Below the pieces are notes generated by a model that was not told where the DNA came from, did not search any database, and worked only from the letters and a program-made list of their open reading frames with translations. Below are positions 41,423-55,966 of a stretch of 64,000 nt of DNA, one piece after another. Each line of letters starts with the position of its first letter. Positions within the stretch are counted from its first letter, which is position 1. The position numbers were made by a program, and so were the translations under genes. Source of the DNA: the human T2T-CHM13v2.0 reference genome, Homo sapiens; NCBI RefSeq assembly GCF_009914755.1, contig NC_060930.1; one strand, given 5' to 3'.

Positions 41423-42865
41423 CCATCTTAGTGCAAACAACTCCACGTTACAACGGTAGCTCTTTGTGGATGGTCTGCTAAATAGTTACAGGCAACCGAG
41501 TCTTTATACAGGCATTGCAGTGTCAATACCTAGGCAAGTTTAATACATAAAAAAAAGCAGACAATGAATCCTTGAAAACTATCCTATTGTGACATGAACC
41601 ATCAACTCTAATTTCTATATCACATTAATTTGAATTTTTATATGTCATTTCTTCAAAGTGGGTGCCAATGCTACAAATTGGAGGAAATTATGCTTTATGA
41701 GTTCCTCTGCAAAACACAGTCTCTCTGGCACAGGGAGGTGATCTAGGAATCCAGATTCAGTGACTCTCCTGCTTTAGTGGCCCTTTATGGAAAAGCTCCA
41801 AGATACTTGGGGATACTCGAATGGCTCAAAAGACAAGAGGTGGGCAAGGTGGTCCTGAGAAAAGGCAAACCCATTTAGTTCCTCATGCCCACCCATGACA
41901 GTCCATCCTAGCTTAGGCTTTATATAGATTAAGGTGAACACCAAGGGAAGGCCCAAGGGCAAGGCACAGTGATTAAAGGGTAGTAAGATACAAGGTAAGT
42001 GTGAGATACAAAGAAGGGGCTTCCCTATACTTAACACATTTGGGTTAGGGAGATCATTAAGCTCATTGTTGACACTTTGGAAGCCACAGCATTCATTGGT
42101 TTATCCACTCAATAAATACCCTGACTACTTAGCTACTGTTTAACAGGTTCTGTGATGAGGGCTTAGGATAGAAACACAGGTTGGACAAAGCCCATGACTT
42201 CAGGGTGTTTATAGTCTGGTATAACAGACAGAGAAGGAAACACTGGGGGCAATAGAGCCCATCTGAAATGTGTCTTAGGAATATCACTATGGTTCAGGAG
42301 GAAAGAACATATTTGAGGAAGATCAGACTGAAAGCAGGGAGACCAGGTAGAACATTATCGCCCAAGTTCAGGATTAAGGCAACCGGGGCTTGTACTATGG
42401 CAGTGACCATGGGAACGGAGAAGAAAAGAGAAGCTGGATCCAAGTCCAGGGGCCAAGTTTATGAGGCTAAATTGTGACAGGATTTAAGGAAAGAGGAAGA
42501 ACCACATCTAGAATGACACCTAGGCTATTGGGTGCTGGAAAAGGAATACAGGACAGTGGGAAGGGGGGCGGTAGGGAGCAGTTTTGGGGAAAGGTATGCC
42601 GGATGATTTGAGATTGGAATGTTTTGAGTTCAAGCTTCCTGTTGTACGCTTAAGTTAAAGTGCAGAAGAGAAGTCAATGCTGAATAAATATATCTAGGAG
42701 TCGTCAGGTTACTAAAATAAAGAGAACAAATGAGATCTCCCAGGGAGAACACAGGGAATGGAAAGGAAGGCAAAGAGGCTCTGAGCAAGGGGTGGTGACG
42801 GGCGGCACCATCACAGCACAGAGGCACACTAGACATGTTTTTCAATTAGAAAAGAGTCTGGAGGA

Positions 42866-43215
42866 AAAACCACAATGAGATATCATCTCACCCCAGTTAA
42901 GATGGCTATTATCAAAAAGTCAGAAAATAGCAAATGCTGGAGAGGATTCGGAGAAAGGGGAATGCGCATACACTGTTGATGGGAAGGTAAATGAGTACAG
43001 CCACTGTGGAAAACGGTATGGAGGGTCTTCAAAACTCTAAAACAGAACTACCACATGATCCAGCAATCTGACTGCTTCACAGAGATCCAGAAGAAAGTAA
43101 ATCACTATATCAAAGAGATACTGCACTTCCATGTTTATTTCAGCACTATTCACAATAGCCAGGATATGAAATCAACCTAAGTGTCCATCAAAGGATGACT
43201 GGTAAAGAAAATATG

Positions 43216-43266
<51 letters not shown>

Positions 43267-43760
43267 GGAATATTATTCTTCCAAAAAAGTAAGAAAATCC
43301 TGTCATGTGTAGCAATATGGATGGAATCAGGAGGACATGATGTATAAGCCAGTCACAGAAAGACAAATATTGCATGTTCTCACTCGTATGTGGGGCTTAA
43401 AAGATTTGATTTTATGGGCGTGGTGAATACAGTAGTGGTTACTAGAAGCTGGGAAGGGTAGTGGGATGAAGAGGGGTTGGCAACAGGTACAAAAGTACAA
43501 TTGGATAGAAGAAATAAGGTCTAGTGTTCAGTAGCACAAGAGGAAAACTATAGTTAACAATAATCTATTGTATATTTCAAAATAGCTTGAAGATTTGGAA
43601 TGTTCCCAACACAAAGAGATGATCAATTTTGAGGTGATGGCTGTTCCAGTTACCCCAACTTGGTCATTACACATTGGATGCTTTTATCAAAATATCATAT
43701 GTACCCCATAAATATGTACAACTATTATATATCAATGAAAGAAGCTTAAAGTGTTTTTTT
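42866..43760 (+). mobile_element. L1MA 3' fragment with an internal (CA)n at 43218-43264
   Basis: ORF2 end and 3'UTR motifs. Decayed 17-bp TSD aagagtctggaggaaaa (42852) / aagagtctagtggaaaa (43761). Confidence 0.92.
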
Positions 43761-44330
43761 AAGAGTCTAGTGGAAAAGCAGAAGATGAGTGAAAATAATA
43801 AAGGAATACTAAAGATGGAGAGATTGCCCTGTAATAAGCATGGTACATTTCTGCTAAAATTTACTGTATTTGATTATAAATACCAAATTCTCACTAAGTT
43901 CAATAAACCTTTTCTAGTTAAAAAAAATTATTTGTTCCTTTTTCTTAAACTTTGTGTGGGGATTGTTGCATTAAAAGTGACTTCATTTCCAATTCCAAAA
44001 TAGTTTTTACTTTTTGTAAAAACTGAAAGTGATGATGCTTCTGAGCAGAAATGGGTGAGTATGTTGAAGACTGCCTTCTTTTGTGAAATCAAGTTCATAT
44101 CAAACACTTTTTGGCTAGAATTACTAATGCATTACGAAGACTCCTATTTCTTTAAATAGAAAATAAAAGTCCACTTTCCCATAACTTAGATCAGGAAGGC
44201 TGCTTCTTGTTGGCCGGGGGTTTTTTATAGTTGCAGCTTAAATTCAGGATGATTTTTATGAGGCAAGGAAGACGTAGATCCTTCTGCAAAAAGAGGAACT
44301 TTCACAATTAGTGAAAACCAAGAGTGCTGA

Positions 44331-44484
44331 CACGAGGGACTGGGGAAGATGCTATAACCACAGCGCGTGATGAAGGGAAGACAGCCCTCAGCCACCTTCC
44401 CAGCCTGTGCCGGAGCACACGCGCCCCCGCACTTACTGACACTCTTCACGTGTCGGATCTGACTCCTGAAGCAGGTATCACGAG
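44331..44484. promoter_or_regulatory. Candidate enhancer with a cluster of five CACGNG motifs
   Basis: CACGAG 44331, CGCGTG 44364, CACGCG 44418, CACGTG 44447 and CACGAG 44479, with local CpG retention. Confidence 0.35.
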
Positions 44485-46726
44485 AAAGAGCAAAATGCCC
44501 ATCTTTGCCTTTAATATTGAAACCAGCTGTGTTGATTCCTCTCTGACCACCTCTCCCTCTGCCTCCCCCAAGTAGTTCACACAGATAAAATGTCTTCAGG
44601 ACAAACAAGCAACCTTTCAACTTCATGGCTTATTAGCAAAAAGCCTTTTGAAGGCTTCTTTTCAAAAGCTGCAAGTACCCAGTAGAGGCCATGGTGATAT
44701 AAAAAAGGTTGTTCTTCTCTTAGAAGGAGAAACTTCAAAGCAATCCCTGACATCCCAGAATTCGCTGCTTTTCCAGTAAATATCTGTTTGGGCCAGAGAA
44801 TTTCAAGCTTTTGGATAAATTCAAAGATGAAGAGCCTGTATTTGGCGCAGCATTTCTATTTGTGTTCTGCACCAGAAAACCTCATCAACTGCATGTATAT
44901 AACATCACAAGCTGATCACTCAGAGTCAGAGGGACAAACGTTCACTTTGGCTTTGCTGAGCCTTTCCTTGAAGAGCCAAATCCAGCAAGGACATAGGCAG
45001 GCTCCTGAGGCAGGTGTGATGGAGGTGAACACAAGGCGGCAGGGGTAGGAGAGGAGTCTGTGCTCAAAAGGAGGGTTCATTGCAAATTCACTGGTGGGCA
45101 ACCTTGTGGAAAGGAAGGTTTAAAGTATTTGACTCACAACTTTTAAGGATGCAAGAAATACTGTGAAGTATTTGCCGTATTAATTATGAGTCATTTATAT
45201 GTATTTGTTAGAGGACTTATATTAAGAAACCGGAGGGTTTTCATTTTGCGGGGGTGTTTTTGGTAATTTGTCCCCCCTGCCAACCCTCACTCATCAGATG
45301 TCCTTTCTGTGTCCAGCCTGGGCTCCAATTTCACCATCTTTCACAGACTTGCCACAATTTTCCCTCCTAAGCTTCAGCAGCAGCTCAGGTGGACTATTAC
45401 TGGTTTTCTGCTGGCACAAGTTACCTTCCATTCTATAGAGATCAATCTCAAGCAAAGCCCTTGAACAACATCTTTTCGATAGGGAGAATTGTTCACTTGT
45501 CCATCACTGACTGCTGCCCTGGGTGAGATCTCTAGCTCTCTGTCTATAATCACAACAAGCACATCATGCACACTCTTCCTTGTCGTATGCAAAATAAAAT
45601 CTCAAGATCACTAATGCAAAAGAATTCAAGGGCCAACCAAAACCAAGAGAGTAAAAAGATACTGTCTTGAGGAACAAAATGGAGGCAAAATATTGACAGA
45701 GTGGTGACATTTATTGGAAGAATTGAGATTTAATTGAAATGAGCACAGAATGAGAAGTTAGAAGCCCATCCTAACCCTGCTTTTGCCACTAACTCACTGG
45801 GCAGTTCACTTCCCCTTTGCTCGAGTCTCTCCATTGTATAATTTGAATTATCCACCCACCTATCTGAGATACGCAAAGTTACCTGTTTTGTTTATTCAAA
45901 TACATATTCGTACTGAATTTTATATTTGGTTAGTGTGAAAAGCAGTATTTTTCAAATATGTATTCCTTAGGAAGAAATTAAGTCTCCAATCTTCTTAGTG
46001 TCTAAGGAATAGGGTCACCTCGCAATTACAGGGTCAGTAGTGGTCCTTTGCCCACCCCTGGGACCCTTAAGCCTGGACAAATAATTTTTTTATTTTTTGC
46101 AGCTAAGAAAGTCTGGCTTGTAGTTACAGATTAAATCTCATAGGCATCAGTACTTGATGATGTGACCGTGGGTTTAGAGTTCAGTTGCTGAAACTCAACT
46201 TCAGTCAGTTGAGCCAATGGGAATCATGCTGTAGACAATGAGCTCATGCTATCCAAATCCATCTGAGAACAATTGATCAAGCAGAACACAAAGGAGCAAA
46301 TGAGCTGGCCTGGTTTGGGAACAGAGACTACTCATCCATGGAGGTTTCTCTTTCCCATCCAGTTGACCCATCTTGGATCAATTCCTTAGTGAGCTCAACT
46401 TCAGATCAGAGGAAGCTAGTTGTTTTTAAGGGAAGCTCCTGCTGGAAACACTCTTGGAGAGTGCTCTTCTCTTCCAAGGGAAATTTCTATACCAAGAACT
46501 GAGGCTGACTGCCCTGAAATAGAACACACTCTTGTCTAAATACAGCTGGCAACACTTCTTATTCCCTGGCTTGCCTCCTCCTAGTCCCTGTACACAACAT
46601 ACCTTCCTATTACCACAACTCAACATTTACTCCAGTTGAAATGCAGCCAGGTCGTTCATAGCTTTCTTAACATGGTACATTCCAGGCTTTTGCTTACAAG
46701 ATCCTGGGGCTGTTAGCAGGGTCTTA

Positions 46727-46795
46727 ACAAACCATCTCTTAAGGTAATCACAAACCATCTCTTAAGGTGATCACAAACCATCTCTTAAGGTAATC
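46727..46795. repeat. Tandem repeat, 3 x 23 bp (acaaaccatctcttaaggt(a/g)atc)
   Basis: Copies start at 46727, 46750 and 46773, with one mismatch in total. Confidence 0.97.
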
Positions 46796-49700
46796 TCCAT
46801 TTTCTGTTGATCCTTTTCAGTTTCCCTTTCACAGGAGAAGTTTCCTCACCTGGTCCCCAAATTTTGAGGGCATGCCTTCTAAGCCTGCAACTTCCACAAG
46901 GGACTGACTACACACACATACCCCAGGGGTGCCTCTGAGGACAGAGTCAAAATGCATTTCATATGCATTACACACAACTGGTCATTTGTAAATGATTTAC
47001 ACCGTATCATAAGAGAAATCAAACCCACAAAGGCCATAATTAGCTTTATCTCAGGAAAGAATGGTATATTGCATAGTTCCCAAATGACACAGTCCATGAA
47101 CCAGTTGATTCAGATCAATACAATTGTGTGTGTGTATACGTATATACATTCCTTGATCTCCACATCAAATCTACAAATTAGAATTTCTTTTGGTAAGACC
47201 CAAGAATCTACATTTTTTACTTTCCTGGGCATTTCTTATATTTTTCTGGCTAGAATCGGAGCTCTGCTACAACCTGGAACATGCACTGGGAAAGTTACTA
47301 AACCTCTCTGCGCCTTGGTTTCATTTTCTGTAGAATGTTTATAATAGCTACCCCTTAGAATTTCTGTGAGATATAAATGAGATAGTATGAGGGAACTGCC
47401 CAGAACGAAGTAGCTACTTTAGATATGGTAGCTATCAGTAAAATTATAATAAAACAGCAATGCAAATGAGAAAGACCCTGTGTCTGGAGCAGAAAGAGCC
47501 AAGCCAAGAGGGACTGAGCACAAGAGTGGGCAACACACGGAGGGGCAGATGCAGCTGAAGGTGCCGGGGCTCCATTCTCCCAGTAGGCAGAATGTGGCAT
47601 CCAAGTGTAGCCAAGCTGCCAGCATACGAAGCATGACAGGAAATAGTAGTGCTGTCCCAGCTGGAGGGAGGATTTTAGCACAGGGGATTCAAGAGCCTCA
47701 GAAATCCAGACCCACATGCAGCCTCAAGGAAGCAGGTGACCAAGCCCTGGTTACCCCACTGGAATTCCACAGCAGGCTTCCAGTCCTTCACAGTCAGAAC
47801 AAGGGGTCATATGATGCAGGCTGGTTCCAAAGACAGGGACTCAGGTACACAGAAGAAGGTGGACACTCAGATATCAGTACTCAAGAAGACAGACCTAAAG
47901 CTACTCAAACTCCTCCAGAGGGCTTCAGTCTAAGTTCTTGTCATAAATTGGTTTGACTCAGGCAAAAAGCCACACTAGGACCACAGCAACAGAGGGGCTG
48001 GATGGACCCAGGAGAAGGTCACTGGAGTCATGACTATCAGGGAGCAGCTGGCACAGCCAAGCACCTGAGTTGGACAAGTCAAGTGAGGAGGCTGGGGGTG
48101 AGGAGGCCAGACAGGTGGCAGAGCTGTGTCATGTGAGAAAAGAAAGGCCTTCTCCTTCCCCTGTTGATAGAGCCTTCAAGCATTTCTTGCTTAGCTTCTT
48201 CCTCCTTCCCCGTTATCTGAAGAGAGAAAGACCAAAACCACAGCAACAAGTTCTCTAGGGAAAAATTGTCAGAGAAGCTACACTGCACTGGCCGGAGGCT
48301 GGCCAGGGCCATGTGACAAATCGGTAGGTCCAAGGCAGAGGGGAGAGGGGATGGAAGAACAAGACACCCGGTGTTAAGTGAATGCAATAGAGAGTCTGGG
48401 GAAGAGACAGGAGAGTGAGAGGCTCCCCAAAATGTGGTAGCACTAGAAAAGCGGGCAGAGAATGCCAAAGAAGTGATGTGAATCATGTAGCGGAAAACTC
48501 TCAAATGTTAGCAAGAGTCTCAAAGAAAGATGAGAATTCCTGCTTGTGCTATGCTTCTTTAAATGCAGCTCTTTGAGACTGGCCCACGCAGGGCCCAGCT
48601 GCCTAACAGCTGCAGTTAGTGGGAAGTGCAATGCCGGGTACACAGTGTAGCCATGCAAGACCTCCCTCGTTATTACATCTAGACAGCGAGAGCCAGACTG
48701 GTGGAGAAGGAGTACAAAAAGAGCTAGGCACCCCCGCACAAGGCTCCTAGGCTGTCAAGGCCTAACCTGCCCAACCTCAGCCCTCCTCAAAGTGCCTGCC
48801 ACATCCAGTCCCATTGCACAGCTCCTTGCTCCTCCCCATGGGATACCAGGTGTTTTCATGCCCTCGGGCCCTCTGAGTGCCTGCCCCTCCTCAGAGTATT
48901 AAACCCCTCTAGGAGGTATTAGTGCTGCTGACTTCAACCTGAGCCTGCCCAGCCCTGAGCCACTCCATCCTGCCATCAGCACCCCTAGTCTTGGCTTCTT
49001 CACCCACCATTTTGTTCATACCTTCATTCCAGCCACTCATGGAGACTTCAGGAGATGCTGCCTCCAACAGATTATGCTCCAGTAAAGGTGATTCTGCCTC
49101 AGTCGACCAAATAATTCATCAGTCAGGAGTCAGGATGAGCGTCAAAGGCCTGCAACAATAGGAGACTTGATTCCAGACCCAAACTGCAGACCTAATTCCA
49201 GAAAAATGGAGATAAATTAATGCAGGAAAGGGAGGTAAACTGTTCCAGAAGCCTTCACTGGTTTATTCTGGTGAGGGAGGGGAGGGAGAGGGTATGGGCT
49301 ACACAGGGTTCAGGATTCTCAAAAGAACCCCACACAACAGATTTGGGGTAATAAGAATCACTCTAGGCCTCACTCACTGAGTGACGGAGGTGCTGGGAAT
49401 TTCCTGCCCCATCAAGCTTGGCTCATGAACAGAGCGGTTTAGATCCTCTGTAAAGTGAGTTAGAGTCAGGGAAATGGCTGTGAGTGACAATGGATGGCAG
49501 GATCTGAGCACCAGGAACTCCAACGGGCAGAGGTTGATAGGTCGGTCACAGCGAGGATCTCTCAGCAGTGGGAAACCCGGTTGGAAGTGAGGGGAGGGAT
49601 GAAATGTGTGTTGAGCACCTGCCAACTGAGGCAGGCTGGTAGATGCTCTGTATATGTCATCTGGCGTGATTTCTACAATAACCCTAGGAAGCTTCTTTCT

Positions 49701-52038
49701 ATTTTTCAAGCTAAGATAACTGAGACTTGGTTTCTCCTAGGTTGCAGCTGATTTGTGGTGGGGCCTGGATTTAAACACCTACATGTCTGAGACTAAATCC
49801 TGGGCTTGTTCCCACACACAGCACCGGTGAGCATGAAACAGACACCACAGAACAATGCAGAATCAGCCCTACAAGTCTGCTGTGTGTGAAACCAAAGGGT
49901 ATCTGGGACCTGGGAAGGTAACCTGGGAAGGTAAACTGGGAAGGGGATGGGTGGCGAAATGAATGAAGGAAGGTAAAACAAGATTGGCCATGTGTTCATA
50001 ATGATTGAGGTGAAAGAGAGCTGATCCCAGCATTCAGAGTATGATCCTATTTGTGTACATTTTTGGAATTTTCCATAATACAAAATAATTGATTTTAAAT
50101 GTGCCATGTTAACAGTCAGAACACACCATTTCCCTGGTCTTTCTAGCCACTAAACAGATGCTCTTGGGTTTTGTGCTTACTTTTGCTTATAAAACTGAGC
50201 ATTTCGTTTAACAAAGAATCTTCACACTGTTCTAGGAATTTGCTTCTGTATTGGGTAAGCACACACATTAGGCACAGTTCCATCAAAGAGAACGTTTTCA
50301 GGAACTTCTTGTTATATGAAGTAAGAGATGTGAGATAAAGCCTTTCCTCATTTTAATGTTAAGTGAAAAAAGCAGGATGTAAAACCACATTTGAATCATA
50401 AAATGAATTTTATTTAAATACATACATACAAAAAGAAATGCAAAAAGTAATAACTGTGGAATCAATTCGCTGATTTCACAAACTTGGCGTTGAACATGTA
50501 TTCGTTTTAAGAGAAGAAAAATATCTTAAAAGAAGTTTGTTTATGGACTTCAGGGACACAGAAGTGGATTAATCAATAACTTTGGTCTATAACACTCTGT
50601 CATTGGTCTGTCGTCATTGGTCTGGCAGTGCTTTCTCAATTATTAATGACAGTTACTAATAATAGAATAATGATCACGTGCCAGGCAATGCATAACTTAT
50701 TTCTAGCCTTTACAACAATTCTGAAAATCAGATGTTTTTAATTCCCATTTTGTTCATAAAAAAAAAAAAAAAGACTCAAAGGACTTAAAAAAAACTTGAC
50801 CAGGGTACACAATGATTTTGAACTCATGTTTGCTGACTCCAAAGCCTGTCGGGATCCACCGCCCCTTGCAATCCCCTCTTAAGCATTTACATTCTGGAGT
50901 GGAGAAAGGGCGCTAGAAGCCAACCCTAGAAGAGAATGACTAGAGGTTTATGTTTCTGACTGCGGCTTGGGTTTCCTCTGCCCTTTCCTGATTCATATTG
51001 CCCAGTTGTCCTGATCTGGCCAGAATGGAGCTGATTAATCACCATCTGGACAAGAAGACAGGCTAGGCTGTTCTTCCATGCTAAGCTGAGAAACTGAATC
51101 CTGGTACCCTGATTTACACATGAATTGGTCACTTCTGATTTATACTGTAATGTGGCTATTCTCTCAAAATAACATTCATACAACTATTTGCCTATGATTT
51201 AGTTATGGGCCTTAGAAGGGAGAAGCCTTCCCATAAAACGCTCTTTCCTTTAGGGGAAATAGGCCCAGATCACCTTTCCCTCCCTCTGACAGCAGAAGCC
51301 ACTGTGGTCAGCCTGGGAACTGTGAGGGAGGACGAGTGCAGGGTGTGGGTTAGGGCCTCTAGAGAGCCCAGAGGCAGACATCAAAACCAGGAAAAAGTTG
51401 GAAACCTGGGCCAGATGCTACGTAGAGGTTCCAGACAACTGCCTAGATGGGCTACTGGTGCTGGTGGCCTCTTGAGTTAAGTGGGCAGGTTGTCCAGCTC
51501 ATTACCAGTCACAAAGAGCATGACCCCATCAGCAAGCCAGGCCTGGAAGTTACAGCCTCTGAGTGGTCGCGAATGATTGTGAGGCCTAAGGCAAACCTAA
51601 TTTATTTTCCTGCTGCTGAAACGTGGAGACACCTGCTCCTTGGCAGGAAGGTTTCTTGTTCTATGAAGTATGTTGAGCAACTCAATAAATGGGATTATAT
51701 ACATAGCCCTATTTTACAACAAATTCCCCCAGAAATGGCCTAATCATTTCCCCTGGTGACTAACGCTGCCCACCACACACCAATTCCCCCGCGGTGGGTT
51801 AACCACTGTGGCAGCACAGCTGTGTGCAGCTCTCACACCTAAACGTCCCACAGCAGGGTTCTCTGCTTGATTTGTTTTCCAGGCAGTCGGGGACTTTAAT
51901 GAATGCTACCTATTCTTGGTCTCTTCTTTGTTTACTGAAATTACAACAACCTAAAGAACTTCTGCCCTCCTCAGTTATAATAAGAATAGGTAGGGATTGG
52001 ACTTGGGAGGGAAAAGCCCAGGAGAGTGTTTGGGATCA

Positions 52039-52358
<320 letters not shown>

Positions 52359-53419
52359 GTGACACCCAACAGGCTGTGCATCTCACAAAACCAAATCATC
52401 TACCTTTGCTAAGCAAGGGTAAAGCAGGCCTGAGTGGGATAGAAGTTAATTCCTAAAAATAGTTATTGCTAAAGACACTATAAACTGTAAAGGGCCTGAT
52501 TCTCAGATGCCAGGCAAGGAGTGAAACCTCAGCAAAATGCTTAGGTTTGTTCGGTTTTTATATTTTAATGATTCAAAAATTAGTAGCCGTATGTCAAGTT
52601 AGTTTACCTTCAAAAGCACCTAGGCTTTGTGTATATATGGTTTTGGCTTATGTGAGTATTTTTGGTTTTGTTTTTTGGTGGTGATTGTTGTTGTTGTTAG
52701 TATAAAGGAAAAATAGTTGGGGAAATATGTATTATATCTTATTAAACTGCGATTATGAGAAATATTCTGAGACTCCACTGACGTGGTTGCAGCTGGTTTC
52801 ATTGAAGCCTAATTAAAATACCAGTAATACACAATCCTGCCCCACTGAGCAGAAATCATGGCCAGTTTGCTGTACAATATTAATAACAACAATAGGCAGA
52901 TCATTATCACAAATGTTTTGAGTGAAGCCCCCCAACCTCTATTTCAAGGTTTACAAAAACCTATAATTTTCCAGGCAGTGTTAACCACAGAGAAGCCAGG
53001 CTTAATTACAGAAGAAAAAAGAAATCAGCAAGTGAAAACATGGCTCAGACTGCTGGACTCCTCAATCATAGAAGCCAGGGGCACAAAGCTAGATATGGTT
53101 ATGAGCCATGACCTCAAGGAGGCCACAGTCTCCTCAAAGGGGTTAAAGTGATAAAAATCTCGGACTTAAGTCTCAACTTGGGTTTCAGAATCACAAAAAG
53201 CTGATGGAGAAATAAATGATAAATGAACTCCAGACAAAAAGACAACATGAGTGGATGAACAGAAGGAAATGGGGAGAGGAAGTTGTACATAAATCCCTTT
53301 GCTGAAGTGCTAGAACTAGTTAAGTTAACGGAGATGATGCTACCATTCAACAATATATGGTGCCCCACTATACCTAGCATTATTTTAGTAGTAGCAATTA
53401 AAATGATGTTATGTCTGCC

Positions 53420-53670
53420 CTAACAGTAATAGTTAGCACATAAATATGCTAATTGAATGTTACACAATATTCTGTATACTTTACATATGTTAATTCATTT
53501 AATCCTCAAATAACCCCACAGAGTAAATGTCATTATTATCCCTACTTTACAGATGAAGGAATGAGAAGATAGTAATTCATCCAATATTATTCAGCTAGTA
53601 AGTGTTGGAGTCAGGATTTGAACCCAGGCAATCTGGCTTTAGAAAATGTGTTTTCAACCACTATGTTATT
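53420..53670 (-). mobile_element. MIR
   Basis: tcatttaatcctca…attatccctactttacagatgagg…caggatttgaacccaggc core. Confidence 0.85.
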
Positions 53671-53689
53671 CCACTTTCTTATAAAAATA

Positions 53690-55305
53690 ATTATACTTAA
53701 AAAAATACATAAACACTGTACTCTAGTTGCTAAATTTCTTGCTCATGGGGATACAGGTTAACAATTTTGAAATTGCTTTACAAATGTTGAACAAATAATA
53801 AAATGGATGATGGTCAGTGTTGGAGAGGGAGTAACAGATAAACAAGAAATGATGGCTAGTATAAACCTGGTGGAACTGAATTATAGTCAGAGATATCAGA
53901 ATAAACTCAAATTTAGTTTAATATATATGTGTGTGTGCATGTGTGTGTATTCCTATATGGATGGATAGAGACACACAGATGGATAGAGTCAGAAGTAATT
54001 ACAGATATAGGTATCTATGGCTATGTGCTCACAGATTTCCTAGCTCCGTTTGCTGACAGGGTCTGGAAGCAATGAGATCCCAGGAGCAATGAGCACACCT
54101 ACCACCTAGATAGTGGCTTCTAAATACCATTTTACAATAAAGGGAACCAGAGTTCCTTGGAGAAATTGCTAATTGTAAGACTGGGGTAAGGAAAATATAA
54201 GATGTACCTGGAGCATCTTATAGTACCAGAAAATAAGGAAGTGCTTAAAAAACAAAAGGACAGGGGCTTGTCAAATGGACGCAGGAACCAGACTCTTTAT
54301 AAAAACCCATCAAGAGCTTTCCATTACTCCTAGGATCAAGATGAGTCTCTAGAGCACTTCAAAAATTTAAAATCTCAAATGTAAACAAACAAATGAATAA
54401 ATAAAAGCTAGCCTCCATATTTCATGAAAAGAATGAGTTTCTGAGACAGAAAAAGAGCTCCCAATGACCAAAGCTAGAACAACTTAAGCAACAAAATAAT
54501 AATGAATTATTACTCAAAGTATAAAATAAACCTATGTACGTTTATACTGATATAAGTAAATAATTGAATAAATCAATAAATGTGGGAGAAGAGACAAATT
54601 TTCCTTGTGGAAGAGCTCTAAATAATGTGTGTAGACACTCCACCCCAGGAGGTGAAACTTACCCCTTTCCTCCTCCCTGCTTGGGGATGGGCTAAGTTTA
54701 GTGACTCACTTCCAAAGAATACAGTGGAGAAGTGGAAAGATAATGACCTTACAGTGGAGAAACCTGCCTGGCAAATGCTACCTTAAGCAAATTATGATGG
54801 TTAACATCCTCAGGGATAACATGTGGATATCATGTACCCTGTCACATGATCTGACAAAGACACTCCACCTGTATGATTTTCTTTGCCAAAACCCATAACC
54901 CCAGTCTAATCATGAGAAAACAGACAAAGACAGATTGGGGACATTTTATAGGATATCTAGCCAGTACTCTTCAAGACTGTCAAGGTCACAAAAAAACAAG
55001 GAAAGACTGAGAAACTGTCGCAGACCAGAGGAGACTGGAAGATATGATGACTAAGCACGACATGGCATCCAGGATCAGATCCTGGAGCAGAAAGAGGACA
55101 TCAGTGAAAAAAAGCTGGTGAAAGCCAAATACAACCCGGAGTTTGGTTAATAGTAATGTACCTATATAAATTTCTTTGTTTTGACAAATTTACTGCAGCC
55201 ATATAGGATTTTAACATTAGAAGAACTGGGTGATGGAAACTCTCTTGTGCTATCTCTGCAACTTTTTTGTAAATCCAAAATTATTCCAACCTAAAAAGTT
55301 TAAGA
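53690..55305 (+). mobile_element. L1MC/L1MD 3' region, interrupted at 54291-54449
   Basis: gagctcccaatgaccaaagctagaacaa, cccagtctaatcatgagaaaa and tgtaaatccaaaattattcc motifs. Confidence 0.8.
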
Positions 55306-55602
55306 AATGACTATACTCTAAAATAGGCCATCCATGCAAAATAAAAGGGTAACTATATAGAATGCCAATGAAAGGAAACTAGAAATAAAAGCACAGCAAT
55401 TTTTAGTTGTCTGCTGCCCAGAACTACTGATAAGACTGATGTTTCTTAATTCTTCACAAGGCACTTTGGGTGGAACATTAAGCCCACATCCACAAATGCT
55501 TATTGGGTACATACCATGTGTAAGGCAGTGACCTAGACACTAGGGATGCACTGGAGAACAAGACGTGGCTCCTGCCTCCAAAGAACTTTCAGTCTGCTTG
55601 GA

Positions 55603-55610
55603 GAGGGAGG

Positions 55611-55649
<39 letters not shown>
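55603..55649. repeat. (GA)n microsatellite
   Basis: Directly visible. Confidence 0.95.
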
Positions 55650-55652
<3 letters not shown>

Positions 55653-55966
55653 AACACAAAATAAAACACAGCATAAATGCTGCCCAGGAGGTAATTTCAA
55701 GACAGTAGATGCATACCCAGGAGGTACGTCTGACCAATCCAGTGTCAGGGCACCATGTAGGACAGAGCAGTCCTCTTGGAAAAATTCATGAGTGTTCTAA
55801 TGTGCCTTATGACCATCACAAGGGCCCATGGTGATGGTTATAGACACCAACCTTCTTCTGACAGCATTAAGTGCATTTGGAAAATACAAATCTAATCATG
55901 TCACCTCTTTATAAAACCCAAGAGCTTTCCATGACTTCTAGAATCAAGACAAAACTCCTTACTCTA

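Noticed and set aside
46727-46795. 23-bp repeats (and the 14-bp repeats at 14759) as a CRISPR-like array
   Set aside because: The units are head-to-tail without unique spacers, there are no cas genes, and the context is primate genomic DNA.
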